Shown: positions 34,504 through 46,878 of the stretch, in pieces
Position numbering within the stretch: the first letter of the stretch is position 1
How the letters are laid out: every line of letters begins with the position of its first letter
DNA from: Trypethelium eluteriae
Taxonomy: Eukaryota
Direction: 5' to 3'
Length of the DNA stretch: 64,000 nt
Assembly: GCA_051942245.1 (NCBI GenBank)
Contig: JAVECL010000001.1
Coordinates: forward strand, 124,001-188,000
Notes under the pieces: model-generated
What the model was told of the DNA's origin: nothing
Seen by the model: the letters and a program-made list of their open reading frames with translations, nothing else
Databases searched by the model: none
Position numbers and translations under genes: made by a program

Positions 34504-37500
34504 ATGTCTCTTGAGGAGAGACTGGACAAGATTCGCTCATCACCAAAACTCCAAAACCAGCAATACGTGCGTCTATATCCTCTGAGTCTTTGCGCTCAAT
34601 CTAAATAACTCTAGACTGCGGTAATACTGAATGCAGTCGACGAAACTCTTCGAGGACAAAACTCGAAGCCAACGCCTACCGCCTATTTTGCAGCTCTTCT
34701 TTCGCTACTCAACCAGTACATAAATGCGCATGGCACCAACAACAAGGATTTGGCTCATGCTGTCGTCTACCTACTCGACCTTCTCGCTCCCCATGTCCCT
34801 CCCCCACTTCTGCGGTCCAAATTCCCCCAAATCCTTAACAATCTGGCCTCGCCATTGACCCATGTTGACTCTGAAGCACCCATATTGAAGGCGTCTATCG
34901 GCTGTCTTGAATCTCTGTTGGTTCAACAGGACTCGCAAGCATGGCACCTTCCAGTCAACCAAACAAGTCCCCGAGGCGCAATAGCAGGCCTGTTGCAGTT
35001 GGCGGTGGATCGAAGACCAAAGGTTCGTAAGAGGGCTCACGATGCACTCATCAAGGTTCTCCAGAATCCTCCCCCAAGCCCTTCAGTGGACCATCCAGCC
35101 GCGGATATGTGTGCAGAGTATGCACTAAGGAGCTTAAAAGAAATTGCCGAGGCGGATGGGAAGCAAAGAAAACATCATGGGCAACGAGAAGAGCAGCAGA
35201 AGGCTCCTGAGCTCGTTCATGCCATGCAGCTCGTTCGGACAATTGCCACAGCGTCAGGAGGCTGGCCCAGTAGAAAGATTGACTCGCTGTGCGAACTTCT
35301 GCTCAATATCGCGAAGTCAAGCAATCAATATCTCACAATGACCACCTTTGACGTATTTGAAGTGATCTTTTCCGGCATGGCAAACGAAGAGTCTTCCCCA
35401 AAGCTACCACGATTGATCGAGGTCATCGAGGAGCTTCAACCTTCGCGTAATGATTCCGAACTCCTCCCGCCCTGGATCGCAGTACTCTCTCGAGCCTACG
35501 ACGTCTCCAGCCAAGTCGTGCCGGAAGACACATTTCAAAAACTGCCCGAGGTATTTGCCAGTGTAGCTGGATTTCTCGACTCACCATCGCATAATATTCG
35601 TGTTTCTGCTTCAGAGTGCTTAATTTCGCTGTTTCACAACTGTATACCCCATTCTGTTGTTTTAGAACCCTCAATTTTTGACGAAAAGGTTCTCGAGAAA
35701 ATCGCAAAGACCCTGATGAACCTGCTAAGTGTCAAGTACCAATCAGCTTGGATGGAGGTATTCAACGTCCTCTCGTCTGCATTCGATGCACTCCGCTGGC
35801 GATCTAGTCCATTGCTTGCCCCCGTCATAAAGGTTATCGGTGATCTGAGAGCCAATGATGCATTTTCTGGCAAGAAGGAGGCAGATGACGTCCTTGTCAA
35901 AGCAATTCATGCTGCGGGTCCTGATAACATCATGGACGTATTGCCTCTAAATCTCGCCAAGCCAGCCCCGGATCGACCAGGTAGGGCTTGGTTACTTCCA
36001 CTAGTGCGGGATGCGGTCCACAACACTCGCCTATCTCATTTCAGATCTGAACTGGTGCCGTTGAGCGAGGCAATGTTCCAAAGGGTCCTGAATCATGGGG
36101 CGGCAGAGAAGACGATGGAGATCAAGATCTTCGAAACAATCGTCAACCAAGTCTGGTCCTGCTTTCCAGGCTACTGTGATCTTCCGTTGGATTTGATTAA
36201 TGCGTTCGATCAAAACTTTGCAGAATTGATATCCAACCTACTGTACCAGCAGACGGATTTGCGGGTGGCTTTATGCCAGGGGTTACAAAATCTTGTGGAA
36301 TCCAATCAGGCAACTCTCTCAGTGGATGAAGAGAGCGACCTCTCAGTACAAACACGAGTTACAAAAGAGAATGCCAAAGAAAATATTCGTCATTTGGGAG
36401 GATTTGCTGGTAACATGCTTGCTGTCCTCTTCAATGTATACAGTCAGACCTTGCCACAATATCGGGGGCCTATCTTGACTTGTATCAACGCGTATCTTAG
36501 CATCACCCCAGAACAAGAACTCACTGAAACGCTGCACCGTGTCACGGTCATGCTCGAAAACTCCATCGCTGAGGAAGCCCCAAAGGACCACGTGAGCAAA
36601 ACATCTAAGCCAGAGAACAGAATGCCGGCGACATCACACACCCTCATGGACCTTCTCGTTGTACTCTCCCCTCACCTGACCGCCGTGTCACTACCCTCCC
36701 TGCTCTCTCTAGCAACTAAAATTCTCCTCTCTAAGGATTTTGATCCTGCTTTGAAAAAGAAAGCGTACAAATTCATCCCTCGAATTGCCTCCTCACCAAC
36801 ACTCTCGTCACTGCTTACGGCACATTCAACGACCCTCCAACAACTCGTGCTCGACTCGGCTCCCCTTGTTGTAGCCCAGACCCGACGAGACCGACTCGCG
36901 GCGCTGAAGGAAATCGTGCAAAGACTACCGGAGAACGACCTGTGGTTCATCCCTGCTGTCCTTCCAGAAGTCGTTATTTCTGCCAAAGAAATCAATCAGC
37001 GCGCGCGGGAAGCCGGATTCGATGTGCTTGTCACAATGGGTGAACGCATGTCCCAGGGAGGCGTTGTCAAAACCGTCAAGGTCCCCGGCTTGGCTGAGCC
37101 AATTGATCAGCAGCAAACAAAAGGAGACGCAACCATGCATATCGACCAACTGCCTTCGCAAACGACAACAGGGGACGGAGAAGGTGGTGACGTGCCGGCA
37201 TCTCTCGATGAATACATTACCATGCTCTCCGCCGGTCTTGCGGGCTCCTCACCCCACACCATCGCGGCAACCATTACCTCCCTGTCACGCGTCCTCTTCA
37301 CCTTCCACGGAGAGTTATCCCACCCTACTCTTACTGATCTCCTTGACACAGTCAGCCTCTTTCTGTCCTCCTCCCCCAACCGTGAGATTGTGCGATCTAC
37401 CCTTGGCTTCATCAAAGTTGCTATCGTCGCCCTGCCCAATGATATGATGGGGGAGAGGCTCAGTGTCTTAGTTCCGACGCTGTGCAAATGGGCAAGGGAA

Positions 37501-38430
37501 CAGAAGGAGAGACTGAAGATGAAGGTGAAGAATATTTTAGAACGAATGGTCCGGATCTGGGGGTTCGAAGCGGTGGAGAAGTGGACGCCCGAGGAGCAGA
37601 GGAAACTGTTGGCCAATATTCGGAAAATTAGGGACAGAAGGAAGAGGAGGAAGGAGGCAGGGAAGGGGGAGATGGAAGACGAGGACGAGGAGGTGGAAGG
37701 GGTTGAGGCTGCAAATGGGAATAGCAGGAAGAAGCAATTCGAGAGCGAGTTTGATGAAGCAGTCTACGGGAGTGAAGACGAAGAAGAAATTGATGAAGGA
37801 GAAATGGAGATCGAGACGGGAAAAAGAGGCAAAAGGGGCAAAACGGAGAGGCAAGCGTACATCCATGAGGAAGAGGACGAGCCACTGGATCTTCTGGATC
37901 GGAAGGCATTGGGAAATATTTCGACGACGAAACCCCTCCAGAGAAGACAACCACCTGCGCAGAGGATGAAAGCAAAGGTAAATCTAGATGGTAAACTTCT
38001 CCTCGGCGATGATGAAAGTGATGATGATGAGGAGATGCAAACATTTGATGACGCTGGTAATGTTGAGGCGAAGCTGAATGCTAATGAGGCATCGCTTGAG
38101 GCGGGTATTGATGCGTACGTCTCGGCCATTCGAGGAAAGGATGCCGGGCATAGAGGGCAAAAGGGCAAGTTGAAATTCAAGCAGAAGGGAAGAGAAGATC
38201 ATGATGAGATGGAGGTCGATGCTCGGCAGGTGGCTACCGCTCAGAAGCAGAAAGTGGCTATGAATGTTAACAGGGGAAACCCTACCCCATCGAAAGTACG
38301 CACTGAGAGGGTTGGCAAAGGGAGCATCGCAAAGAGAGCCCAGCGACCGGGTTTAGGCGCTACGAAGATGAAGCATGATGGTGTGGGCAAGAAGAGAGGT
38401 GGCCGGGATGGAAGAACATGGCGAAGTTGA
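34504..38430 (+). CDS. RRP12: Ribosome biogenesis HEAT-repeat protein Rrp12 (NUC173); exons 34504-34566, 34615-38430
   Basis: MSLEERLDKIRSSPKLQNQQ start, D.RPKVRKRA, GRAWLLPLVRD, QVWSCFPGYCDLP; acidic/basic tail. Confidence 0.95.
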
Positions 38431-38926
38431 GATACCACATCCAATGACATTTTACAATTTTCCACAGCGTTGCTTTTAATCAAGGCATACATGTTGAATG
38501 TGAGAGATGTGTGATTGGCGAAAAGAGAAAGTTAGTACTCTGTCGCGATCTCTTGCTCGACAGTAATACTTCGCGAGCGTCTGTGTTCCGTAGTGTTCTA
38601 GGCAACCGCTTGACATGTCAAGGAACTCTGAACAGGTTCATGAGCTGAGGCTTAGTGAATTGGATTGACTTCATTGTTCGTAGACAAGTATTTCAAGCAT
38701 TTGAACCATGACAAATGTGTAATAGAACAGAGGCACCTTGCTGGAGCCTCAACAAATTTTCCAAAGTTCCCAGAGGAGCGCACAGACGAAGCCGAACCAT
38801 CACTGCAGAGGAAACATTCTATACTCCCTCCAAAGCCACCGGAACACCACGCCGAGGTTTACGCAATACTGACGTTACAATTGCACGACTGCTAGTCACT
38901 TGCAAAAAAGAACCGCTCTTTTTCAG

Positions 38927-40215
38927 TCACTCCTGTGCCTGCTTCTCCTCTCCCTTCGACCCTGATTGCTCCTCTGGTACATACGTCGTCTCTCCCAGCC
39001 CTGCCGCCGTCGCCTGGCCTTGCGTCCCCAAACTCGGCGTCTGCACGCTCGGCGTCGTTCCCAGCCCTGGGGTCCTCGCCCCACCAGGGGTCTTCGGTGT
39101 CATTCCTCCCGCCCCTCCAGCAGGCACACCACCGGCTTGCAGCCTCTGATCCAGCGCCTTGAGTGCAAGGGCACGTCGTCGCTCCGCTTCAGCACGGGAG
39201 CCACCGAGGTTACGGCCGCCTCGCGCGGGATTCATGATGCTGGGGAGGCCACCCTCGGCGCGCGCCGAAGCCTGCTCATTGTGGGACTCGATGTCTTCCG
39301 TAGAGAAAGGGGTGCAGATGCGGACTGCTACCAACCCTTCATAGACGGCATCCGCGACCTTAGCGACGGGCGTGTGGAGCGGTTCAGGGAAGAAATAGGC
39401 AAAGGCAAAGGTGTCGCTGGCGTCGCCTTTGATAGCGGTGGCAGCAGTAGACGAGTCGGTGAGACTGGGCGAGGTCTTGTAGAAGCGGAGATAGGTCCAG
39501 GAGGTAAGGAAGCCGAAGAGGGCAAGGATGAGGGAGGTGTGGGTGCCAAGGAGGAGGGCGCTGACAAGGTGGAAGAGTAGATGCAGGACAGGGAAGTGCT
39601 TGACGCGGATGCGGAGGAGGTTGCGGAAGAGGGAAACGGTATGCTCAGGGACGAGTTGTTTGAAGGAGACAAGGAGGGCAGACTGGAGCGCGGCAGTACC
39701 GTTAATTATGGGGTTGCTATAAAATGGGATGTCAGCATAGATGAAGGTCTGAGATAACCGCAGCATCTCAACCAAAGGTCGTTGGTGAAATTGAGGGCTG
39801 GAGGCAAGACGTACTGATCGCTGATGGATGCCGCAAGAATGAAATAGATTACAAAGCTCAGGAAATTGGGGATAGTCGCCGTGACAAGCATGAACTTGGC
39901 GAACTCAGCCGAACTCCATGCTCTTTCGAGATATCGTCCTCCGAAGAATATGGTCACGCCAGAGAGAACTAGGCCGAGGATATTTTGCTCAATGAAAGTG
40001 GCAGTGAAGAGTACCCATGGATAAAGATAAGAGTACTTTGGGAAAATCACCAGATAAGGCTCGCTGACTATGCTACCATATTTGACGACATTGGCCTTCT
40101 CTGCGGAGATTGCAAGATACTCGCGATATCGGAGTAGGCCGTTGAGGAACGAAAGTGATACGAGAGCGACAATGAGGCCACGAGTGAGAGGAGGGACATT
40201 CAGTCGAGGAGGCAT
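38927..40215 (-). CDS. DUF1751 rhomboid-like membrane protein (TMEM115 family); exons 40215-39815, 39716-38927
   Basis: YPWVLFTATFIEQN, GRYLERAWSSAEF, VSFKQLVPEH, SWTYLRFY, GDASDTFAFAYFFP and AERRRALALKALDQRL motifs. Confidence 0.9.
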
Positions 40216-40671
40216 GGCGGGCCTCGCGCAAATGAAGGACTATCGCATCAGCAACGAGATGATAAGGAGGAAGGAAACGAAGGGTTGTAGAGCTCGTAAG
40301 GGTAAGGTGATGTAGGGACGTAACGGAAAGTTGGTTGTTGACACGAGACACGAAGCTTACCATGAGGTTAATTTACTAATTCTAGACACTTTAGGTATTC
40401 TTAGGGGGTGCAAGCTGCTTGGCTCGCTTAGATGCAAGCCATGATCGGCATGACATCAGCCACACTTACCATCAGTCTGGGCATGATGTGGCTTGTAGTC
40501 AAGTGTGGCTTGCCCTTTTCAGGTTCCCATCCCCAGTGCCCCCATCCACAAGCACCCGAAGGCAGCTAGCACATGCAGCTTTGATTCATCCACCTTACAG
40601 CCTCCTCTTCCATCCGCGCTTGCAATCCTTAATACGCCACTTCTCGGCTTCTACACATGAGATGATGCGAC

Positions 40672-42889
40672 ATGAGTGCTGCAGATCTCGAGTCGGATCA
40701 TCTCAATTATCTGATCTGGCGGTGCGTGAATGTATCCAGCGAGCCGCAATGTACCCATGCTAATCCTCTCCACATAGATACCTTCAGGAATCTGGACCAC
40801 GTGAGTGCAGCCTTCTGTCAATGATGCGTCTCTTGTGGTGTTTGCTCATGTTTGTTAGGCTTCCGTAAGGCGGCGGACCAGCTTCGACGCGATTGGGAAA
40901 TTAATCCAGAGGACCTCCCGTTCGCAACTTCCGTACAAACGGGTGATCTTGTACGATTAGTGCTCGATGGCCTTCACCATGACGAAATTGCAACGACAGC
41001 CATGCGGGCGCAGATGCGCGCCAGCGAGGGAGGCGCCCGGCGTCTAGATGCCTCGCGGACGGAGAGAAAGTACAAATTCATATCTCAGCCTGGCAACCGG
41101 GAGCTGGCAATAAGGACCGCCCCTTATCTTCCAAGGCCGTCTGAAGACCGAGAAAGGTGTGAATCTCCATTGAAGCGACAACGTGATGGCGTCAACGGTG
41201 CTTCAGCGGATGGTATGGGAAGACCTCCAGCACCAAAACGCGTGAGGAAGAGCACGGCCGCTGAATTGAGGGAACGGGAGAACATTACTACGGCTAATGG
41301 TGTTTTACATGCGGACGAAGAAGCATCCACGCGACCAGACGAGGACGAATCCATGATTGAGGATGGACCACTACAGCCGGTTTCCACTCTCGAAAACGGC
41401 ACCAGTAATGCCGCCCAAACAGAGTCTAACGGTTTCGCACAGCCAGAGGAGCTGACAGCTGAAGAGCATGAAATCACTGCATCTGATTCCGTGATCATGC
41501 ATGCCAGTTGGTCACGTAGCAATACGGAAGAATTACTGTTTGTGGGGGACGAACACACCGCCAATCTGTGGCACTTTCCAAGCAAAGATGGTGTCCATGA
41601 AGTTGATGCTATACGACTCGACATGCCTTCGAATGGGCCACACAATATCACCTCTCATCTATGGGACTACCGAGGAAGCGAATTGCTACTCAGCCACGAT
41701 CATTCTAACAGCACCGGGCCATTTGGCCTCGTTTCCTTCAATCGCGACACTAGTAGAGTGGAACTAGAGAATCTTGATCAGAACTCATCCACATGCCTCA
41801 GTCTACGCCAGAACCCTGTCACACATATGGTTATTGCTTTCTCGGTCTCGGCTGGCGATCAGAGCGATCCAAGCGAGTCAGGCTGTACGCAAATTTGGCA
41901 GGAAGATTTCTTAACGAATAACTCGCCTATCGGAATCACCAACCATGCAAGAATCATTTATGACGGTGACTGGATTGATCATACACGCTTTGTGGTCTCT
42001 TGTGGCTCGAATGTGGAGCTCTACCAATGCATTCCGAATACTTGGGAGAGAGACGAAGAACCGAGCGTAAGCGATATGCGTTCAGCTTCAGCTCTAGATC
42101 TGAAGCTGGCAAGTTCGGCTCTCCTGGACATATCCTACGCATGGGATATAGTCAGACATGTTCCGGGGACTACTAAGATCATCAGCGTCTCAACCGAGTC
42201 TTCGGCTGTTGCTTGGGCCGATGCCAAGACACTTGAAACATCAAGTCTTGCTTGGAATGTGGAAGAAAACGGTCTCATTCTTGGGATGGACATGCAATCA
42301 GAGCGAACACTAACGGGACAGAATCAGGGTGCCTCCCAACAGAGCAACGGCGCAATTCAGCCCGCTGAAGCAATTGAAGCACGTTGTTTCTTTGCCGTTC
42401 TCACTGATTTGGGTAAAATTTTTATCTACGACGCTTTTTCATTTGCGACGCCTTCAAAAGGGAAGAGTGGCTGGAAACCTCGCGAGTTCCATCACTACGA
42501 TATAGGGCCAATCCCTGCCCTATCTGTTGCTTTTTCGAACAACAATAGATTCTTCGCGATTGGCAGCCTAGAGAAAGTCTTCATCTACGACTTGAATCGG
42601 AATTCTGGAGGAGGTGGACAGCCAGCAGCTATTTGGACAGGGGAGCCCTCTGTTTGGGCAAATGGACTGGCTAGAAATGTGAACGGGGTTGACTCTCGGG
42701 ACACGGATGAAGAACTGACGGAGCATTGTCTCAGCTGGAATGAAAATGATACGAAGTTGGTATATGCTCTAAATAATCGAGTAAGTATCACAGCAGCGTC
42801 TACTTTCCGTCAGCATCTAATCGCAACAGACGTCATTAATTGATATACCGGAACACATAAGTAAAGCTACCTACGAAAGAGATTTATGA
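40672..42889 (+). CDS. LisH plus divergent WD40 protein, Sif2/TBL1-like; exons 40672-40721, 40778-40800, 40859-42780, 42830-42889
   Basis: Spliced N-terminus LESDHLNYLIWRYLQESG (LisH) followed by LPFATSVQTGDLVRLVLDGL; beta-propeller-like C-half. Confidence 0.75.
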
Positions 42890-43581
42890 GGCTTCTCTAC
42901 GGCGTCTATGCACGAAACGCCTGTTCTACGATGATACCCAATTCCTCAATGCTTGCTGGGTTTCAGGCCAAGTGAGAATGATGTCAGGTGGTCCATTGCG
43001 CTGAAAGAACATCCTCACTAATGGCACCGCGGCGTCGACATCGTGCCGACAACCGCACCCAGTCATTTCTGTATGTTACCACCCGAGGGTCAATCCTGAG
43101 TTTCTCTTGTGCGGAGCAGAATGGAGAAGTGTGACGGAAAAAATGTATGCACGCTCTTCAAAGAATAATATACGGCGATAGAAAATGGCGACGGACTTGA
43201 TTGGCCGAGGAGAGAGTTTTTACAGGGGTGTTCTAGATCCCCACAACCCCAACAACCCCACATTCTTTCCGATGATACCTACTACATCTAGTCCCTCACT
43301 AGCATCACTCTTCCTACTCCGCGGTTGAATGAAGCTATCATCCTCCACATTCGCGGGGGCCAACCAAGCCACAGACTACCATGTCTTATGGACAAGTTCC
43401 GCCTTCAACTACCGAAATAATGGCTATTTGCCCTTAGTTTTTGTCAGGAAGCCACATGAGTCTCCACACAAATTACCTATATGCCGTGTACCCCAGGCTC
43501 CATGTACCACGTAGAAAGGCGCCTAGACCGCCGTAAAAGCTGAGCTGCAGTATCTTCATCCTCTTTTATGCTCTGGCCGTC

Positions 43582-45640
43582 ATGTCAGCCTTTCCCAATC
43601 TCCCCGAGAGCGTAGCCCACGCTGTCATCTCAGACCCAGGCGAAGCTAAACCCAATGGTGCTACAAAGTTGAAGGAGAATGGGGTCACCGGTGGCGAAGA
43701 CACGGCTGTGCCAAATGCTCTTGCGCAAAATGCTGAGCCCCAGATCCGCGGTTCTTCTCAAAATGGCTCGTGGAAGCTTCACGATGTTGCAGTCGAAAAC
43801 CACCGTCCCATGAAAGTAATTGTAATCGGAGCTGGGTACTCTGGCATCTATTGCGGCATCAGAATACCAGAAAAGATAAAGAATTGCGAGCTATCAATCT
43901 ATGAGAAGAATGCAGGCTTCGGAGGAGCATGGTATGAGAATCGATACCCTGGGTGTGCGTGCGATGTGCCTTGTGAGTATTCCTGACGAGGACGATTCGA
44001 TTTCTCAACCATTTGCTGATCATTCTGAGACCAAAGCACATTCATACCAATATTCTTTCGATCCTAATCCAGCATGGTCGTCCCTATATGCACCCTCTCA
44101 CGAGATACGAACTTACCTTGATCGCGTTGCGCGCAAATACAGTGTCGACCGTTTTACTAAATTCCGCCATGAGATTGTGAGCTGCGTGTACGATGAAGAT
44201 GAGGGCAAATGGCATGTCAGGGTCAAAGACCATACGACCGGACTCGAGTTTGAGGATGTATCCGATGTGTTGATTAGCGCACGAGGCAATTTGAATAACA
44301 TAAGCTGGCCAAACATTGAAGGACTCCGCGATTTCAAAGGCGAAATCATGCATTCTGCGCAATGGAACGAGAGCTACGATTTTACAAACAAGCGAATCGG
44401 TATCATTGGGTCCGGCAGCAGCGCAATCCAAATCATCCCCAATCTTCAACGCGTCCCAGGCGCCCAGCTCACCTGCTTCATCCGCAGCAGAACTTGGATC
44501 TCCCCGCCCTTCGCTGAATCCCTCTTCAAAGATCTCGGCCTCAGCGACTTCAATATCCCGCCCTCTCGTATACAGCAATTCCTCGACGATCCCTCCAACT
44601 ACCACGCCTTCCGTATGCTCGTCGAGGAAGACGGCAACAACATTCACGGCGTCACCATCAAGGGCACCCCCATCCAGCTCGAAGGCCAGAAACTCTTCGA
44701 GCAGGGCATGCGCGAACGCCTGGCCCCCAAACCCGAAATCTACGACAAGCTCATCCCCTCCTTCTCCCCCGGCTGTCGGCGTCTTACCCCCGGGCCGGGC
44801 TTCCTCGAGGCGTTGTGCCAGGACAATGTTCTGTTCGCGGCTGACGATATCGCGCGGATTGAGCCAGAAGGTGTCCGAACTGCAGATGAAAAGTTGCACG
44901 AGATTGACGTCCTGGTGTGTGCTACGGGCTTTCACGTCTCGGCGCCACCGCCGTTCCCTGTGGCGGGATCAGGCGGGAAAACAATAAGGGAGCACTGGAG
45001 TAAGAGAGCCAGCACATATCTTTCCCTGGCGACAGACGCGTTTCCGAACCACTTCATCATGTTAGGACCGAATGCGGCGATAGGGTCCGGAAGTCTGACG
45101 ATGATGATCGAGAGCGTTGGGGACTATATCGTTAAGTGTGTGCGCAAGCTGCAGAAGGAGAATCTGAAGAGCATAAGTATTAAGCCTGAGCGAGTCGAGG
45201 ACTTTGTTGAGTATGCAGATCAGTATTTTGAGAAAACGGTTTTCAAGGATGAGTGTCGGAGCTGGTACAAGACGGCTATCGAAGAAGTAGACGAAAAAGG
45301 AAACAAGGTCTTAAGAAAGGTGGTGACGGGATTGTGGCCCGGGAGCACATTGCATTGTATTGAGGCATTGAGGAGTCCCAGATGGGAGGATTATGATTAT
45401 GAATATCTTCCTGAGCAGGATGATGAAGATGCCAGAAACGGCGTTTTGGCCACGGTTGGTGGCTCAAAGAAGAGCAGAGTCAATGCGATGGGTTGGTTAG
45501 GAAACGGATGGAGCCAAAATCAATTAGAGCAGAGACACATGGCGTGGTATCTAGAACCAAGATTTCTGGATCCGGTGAGACCATCGGCACCTCGACCAGA
45601 AGAGAATCCAGAGTTTGCAGCAAGGGCGTTCTCCCACTAG
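43582..45640 (+). CDS. Flavin-dependent monooxygenase, Baeyer-Villiger type; exons 43582-43972, 44037-45640
   Basis: Rossmann motifs GAGYSG and GSGSSA; fingerprints GGAWYENRYPGCACD and FKGEIMHSAQW; CATGF; GCRR. Confidence 0.92.
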
Positions 45641-46313
45641 ATAGGTAGGGATCCTGAGCGCTGTATTATCAGATCATTTCTTTTCAATTGATCACACTGA
45701 GAACCCTGTCATTCGTGCTTGAATGCCGTCGATGCCGGATTGATGATCTCTGCTAAGTCGAAAAAGCAGGCGCCGAAGCCAGACTACTTGTTGATGTCTT
45801 AGTAGTGTTATCAGAAAGCTATCCAAAGAAGACTAGATGCCGTAGCGTATACACCCTTGCAACAGGCCCACCAAGGAAAATATTTAATTGCTTCCCTATC
45901 TGGTAATTGGACACGGCCGTTGGTGTAAGAGTCCGTGAATCAATCGCCGGCGCTGTCACAAGCTGGCCATCTTGTCTCCTTCGAAAGCTTTCTTTCGATG
46001 TCTAATGAGACTTCTTTGCGGGATCTACAGTCAATTCCACAAAATCCATAGGGAAACGATGATTTCCAAAATGCTCCTTTTGACATGGCAGATGATTGAC
46101 GGTATGAACAACCGGCCCACTCCGCGATCAAGGACTACTGCATCTCGAGCCTGGAAGACTGCGAACTGCTTTTGATCCTTTCAAGTAGTAGCATACGTTG
46201 CTTCCCACGTACACCGTTGTGCAGTCACTTCTGCTTCGTCGTGTTCCTCGCCATTGCCCTTCTTAGCCGGGTTCCTCCATTCCCGAAGTTCTCCACATCA
46301 ATCCGTCATCTTT

Positions 46314-46571
46314 CTATCTCACCCGTGTCTCTATGTAGTACCCGGGGTCTGGCCTCCTTGACACCTTCATCTCCTCCTTTGTCATCTTCTCGGCCACCTC
46401 CTGGACATCTACCAGCTCCTTAACTGCGAAGATCTGACCGGCTACCTGGGCGCTCACTGGGTGATAGACGGTCGCCATTCGTTTTCTGAGGCCAAGAGCT
46501 TGCAGGACACCAGCGCGAGATCGAGGGAGACCAATGGCGCTGCGAAGGAGGGTTATGCGAAAGTAGGGCAT
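46314..46571 (-). CDS. MRPL33: Mitochondrial ribosomal protein uL30m
   Basis: MPYFRITLLRSAIGLP...LQALGLRKR...GQIFAVKELVDV...RRPDPGY. Confidence 0.95.
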   Translation of the reverse strand: MPYFRITLLRSAIGLPRSRAGVLQALGLRKRMATVYHPVSAQVAGQIFAVKELVDVQEVAEKMTKEEMKVSRRPDPGYYIETRVR

Positions 46572-46878
46572 CTTTAGCGAGTTGACTGGTTTAGCTGCAA
46601 TGAGTCTTTACAGTGCATTAGCAGATGCAACCAGAAGATAGTACTTGGAGTAGGGTGAAGTTACCTAGTATGCTAACGAAGCATTTTTGAGGACTTTCCC
46701 GTTTGTTTGATTAACAAAGCCTGGCAAACAAAACAAGGGAGGGTTTTTCTTGAGAAGAATATCCCAGTTGTCGGAATCGCGGCGATCCTAGCCTCGCTCC
46801 GCAACACCTCACGTCAGACAACTCCCCAAAACAACTCCCCAACACTCCCTCCAAACCATGCAAATACGATAGCATATC

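Noticed and set aside
44084..44987. Long antisense and alternate-frame ORFs over the monooxygenase (similar ones overlie SNU66, RRP12, SEC6 and the SNF2 gene)
   Set aside because: These are shadow ORFs expected from codon bias of the real gene.
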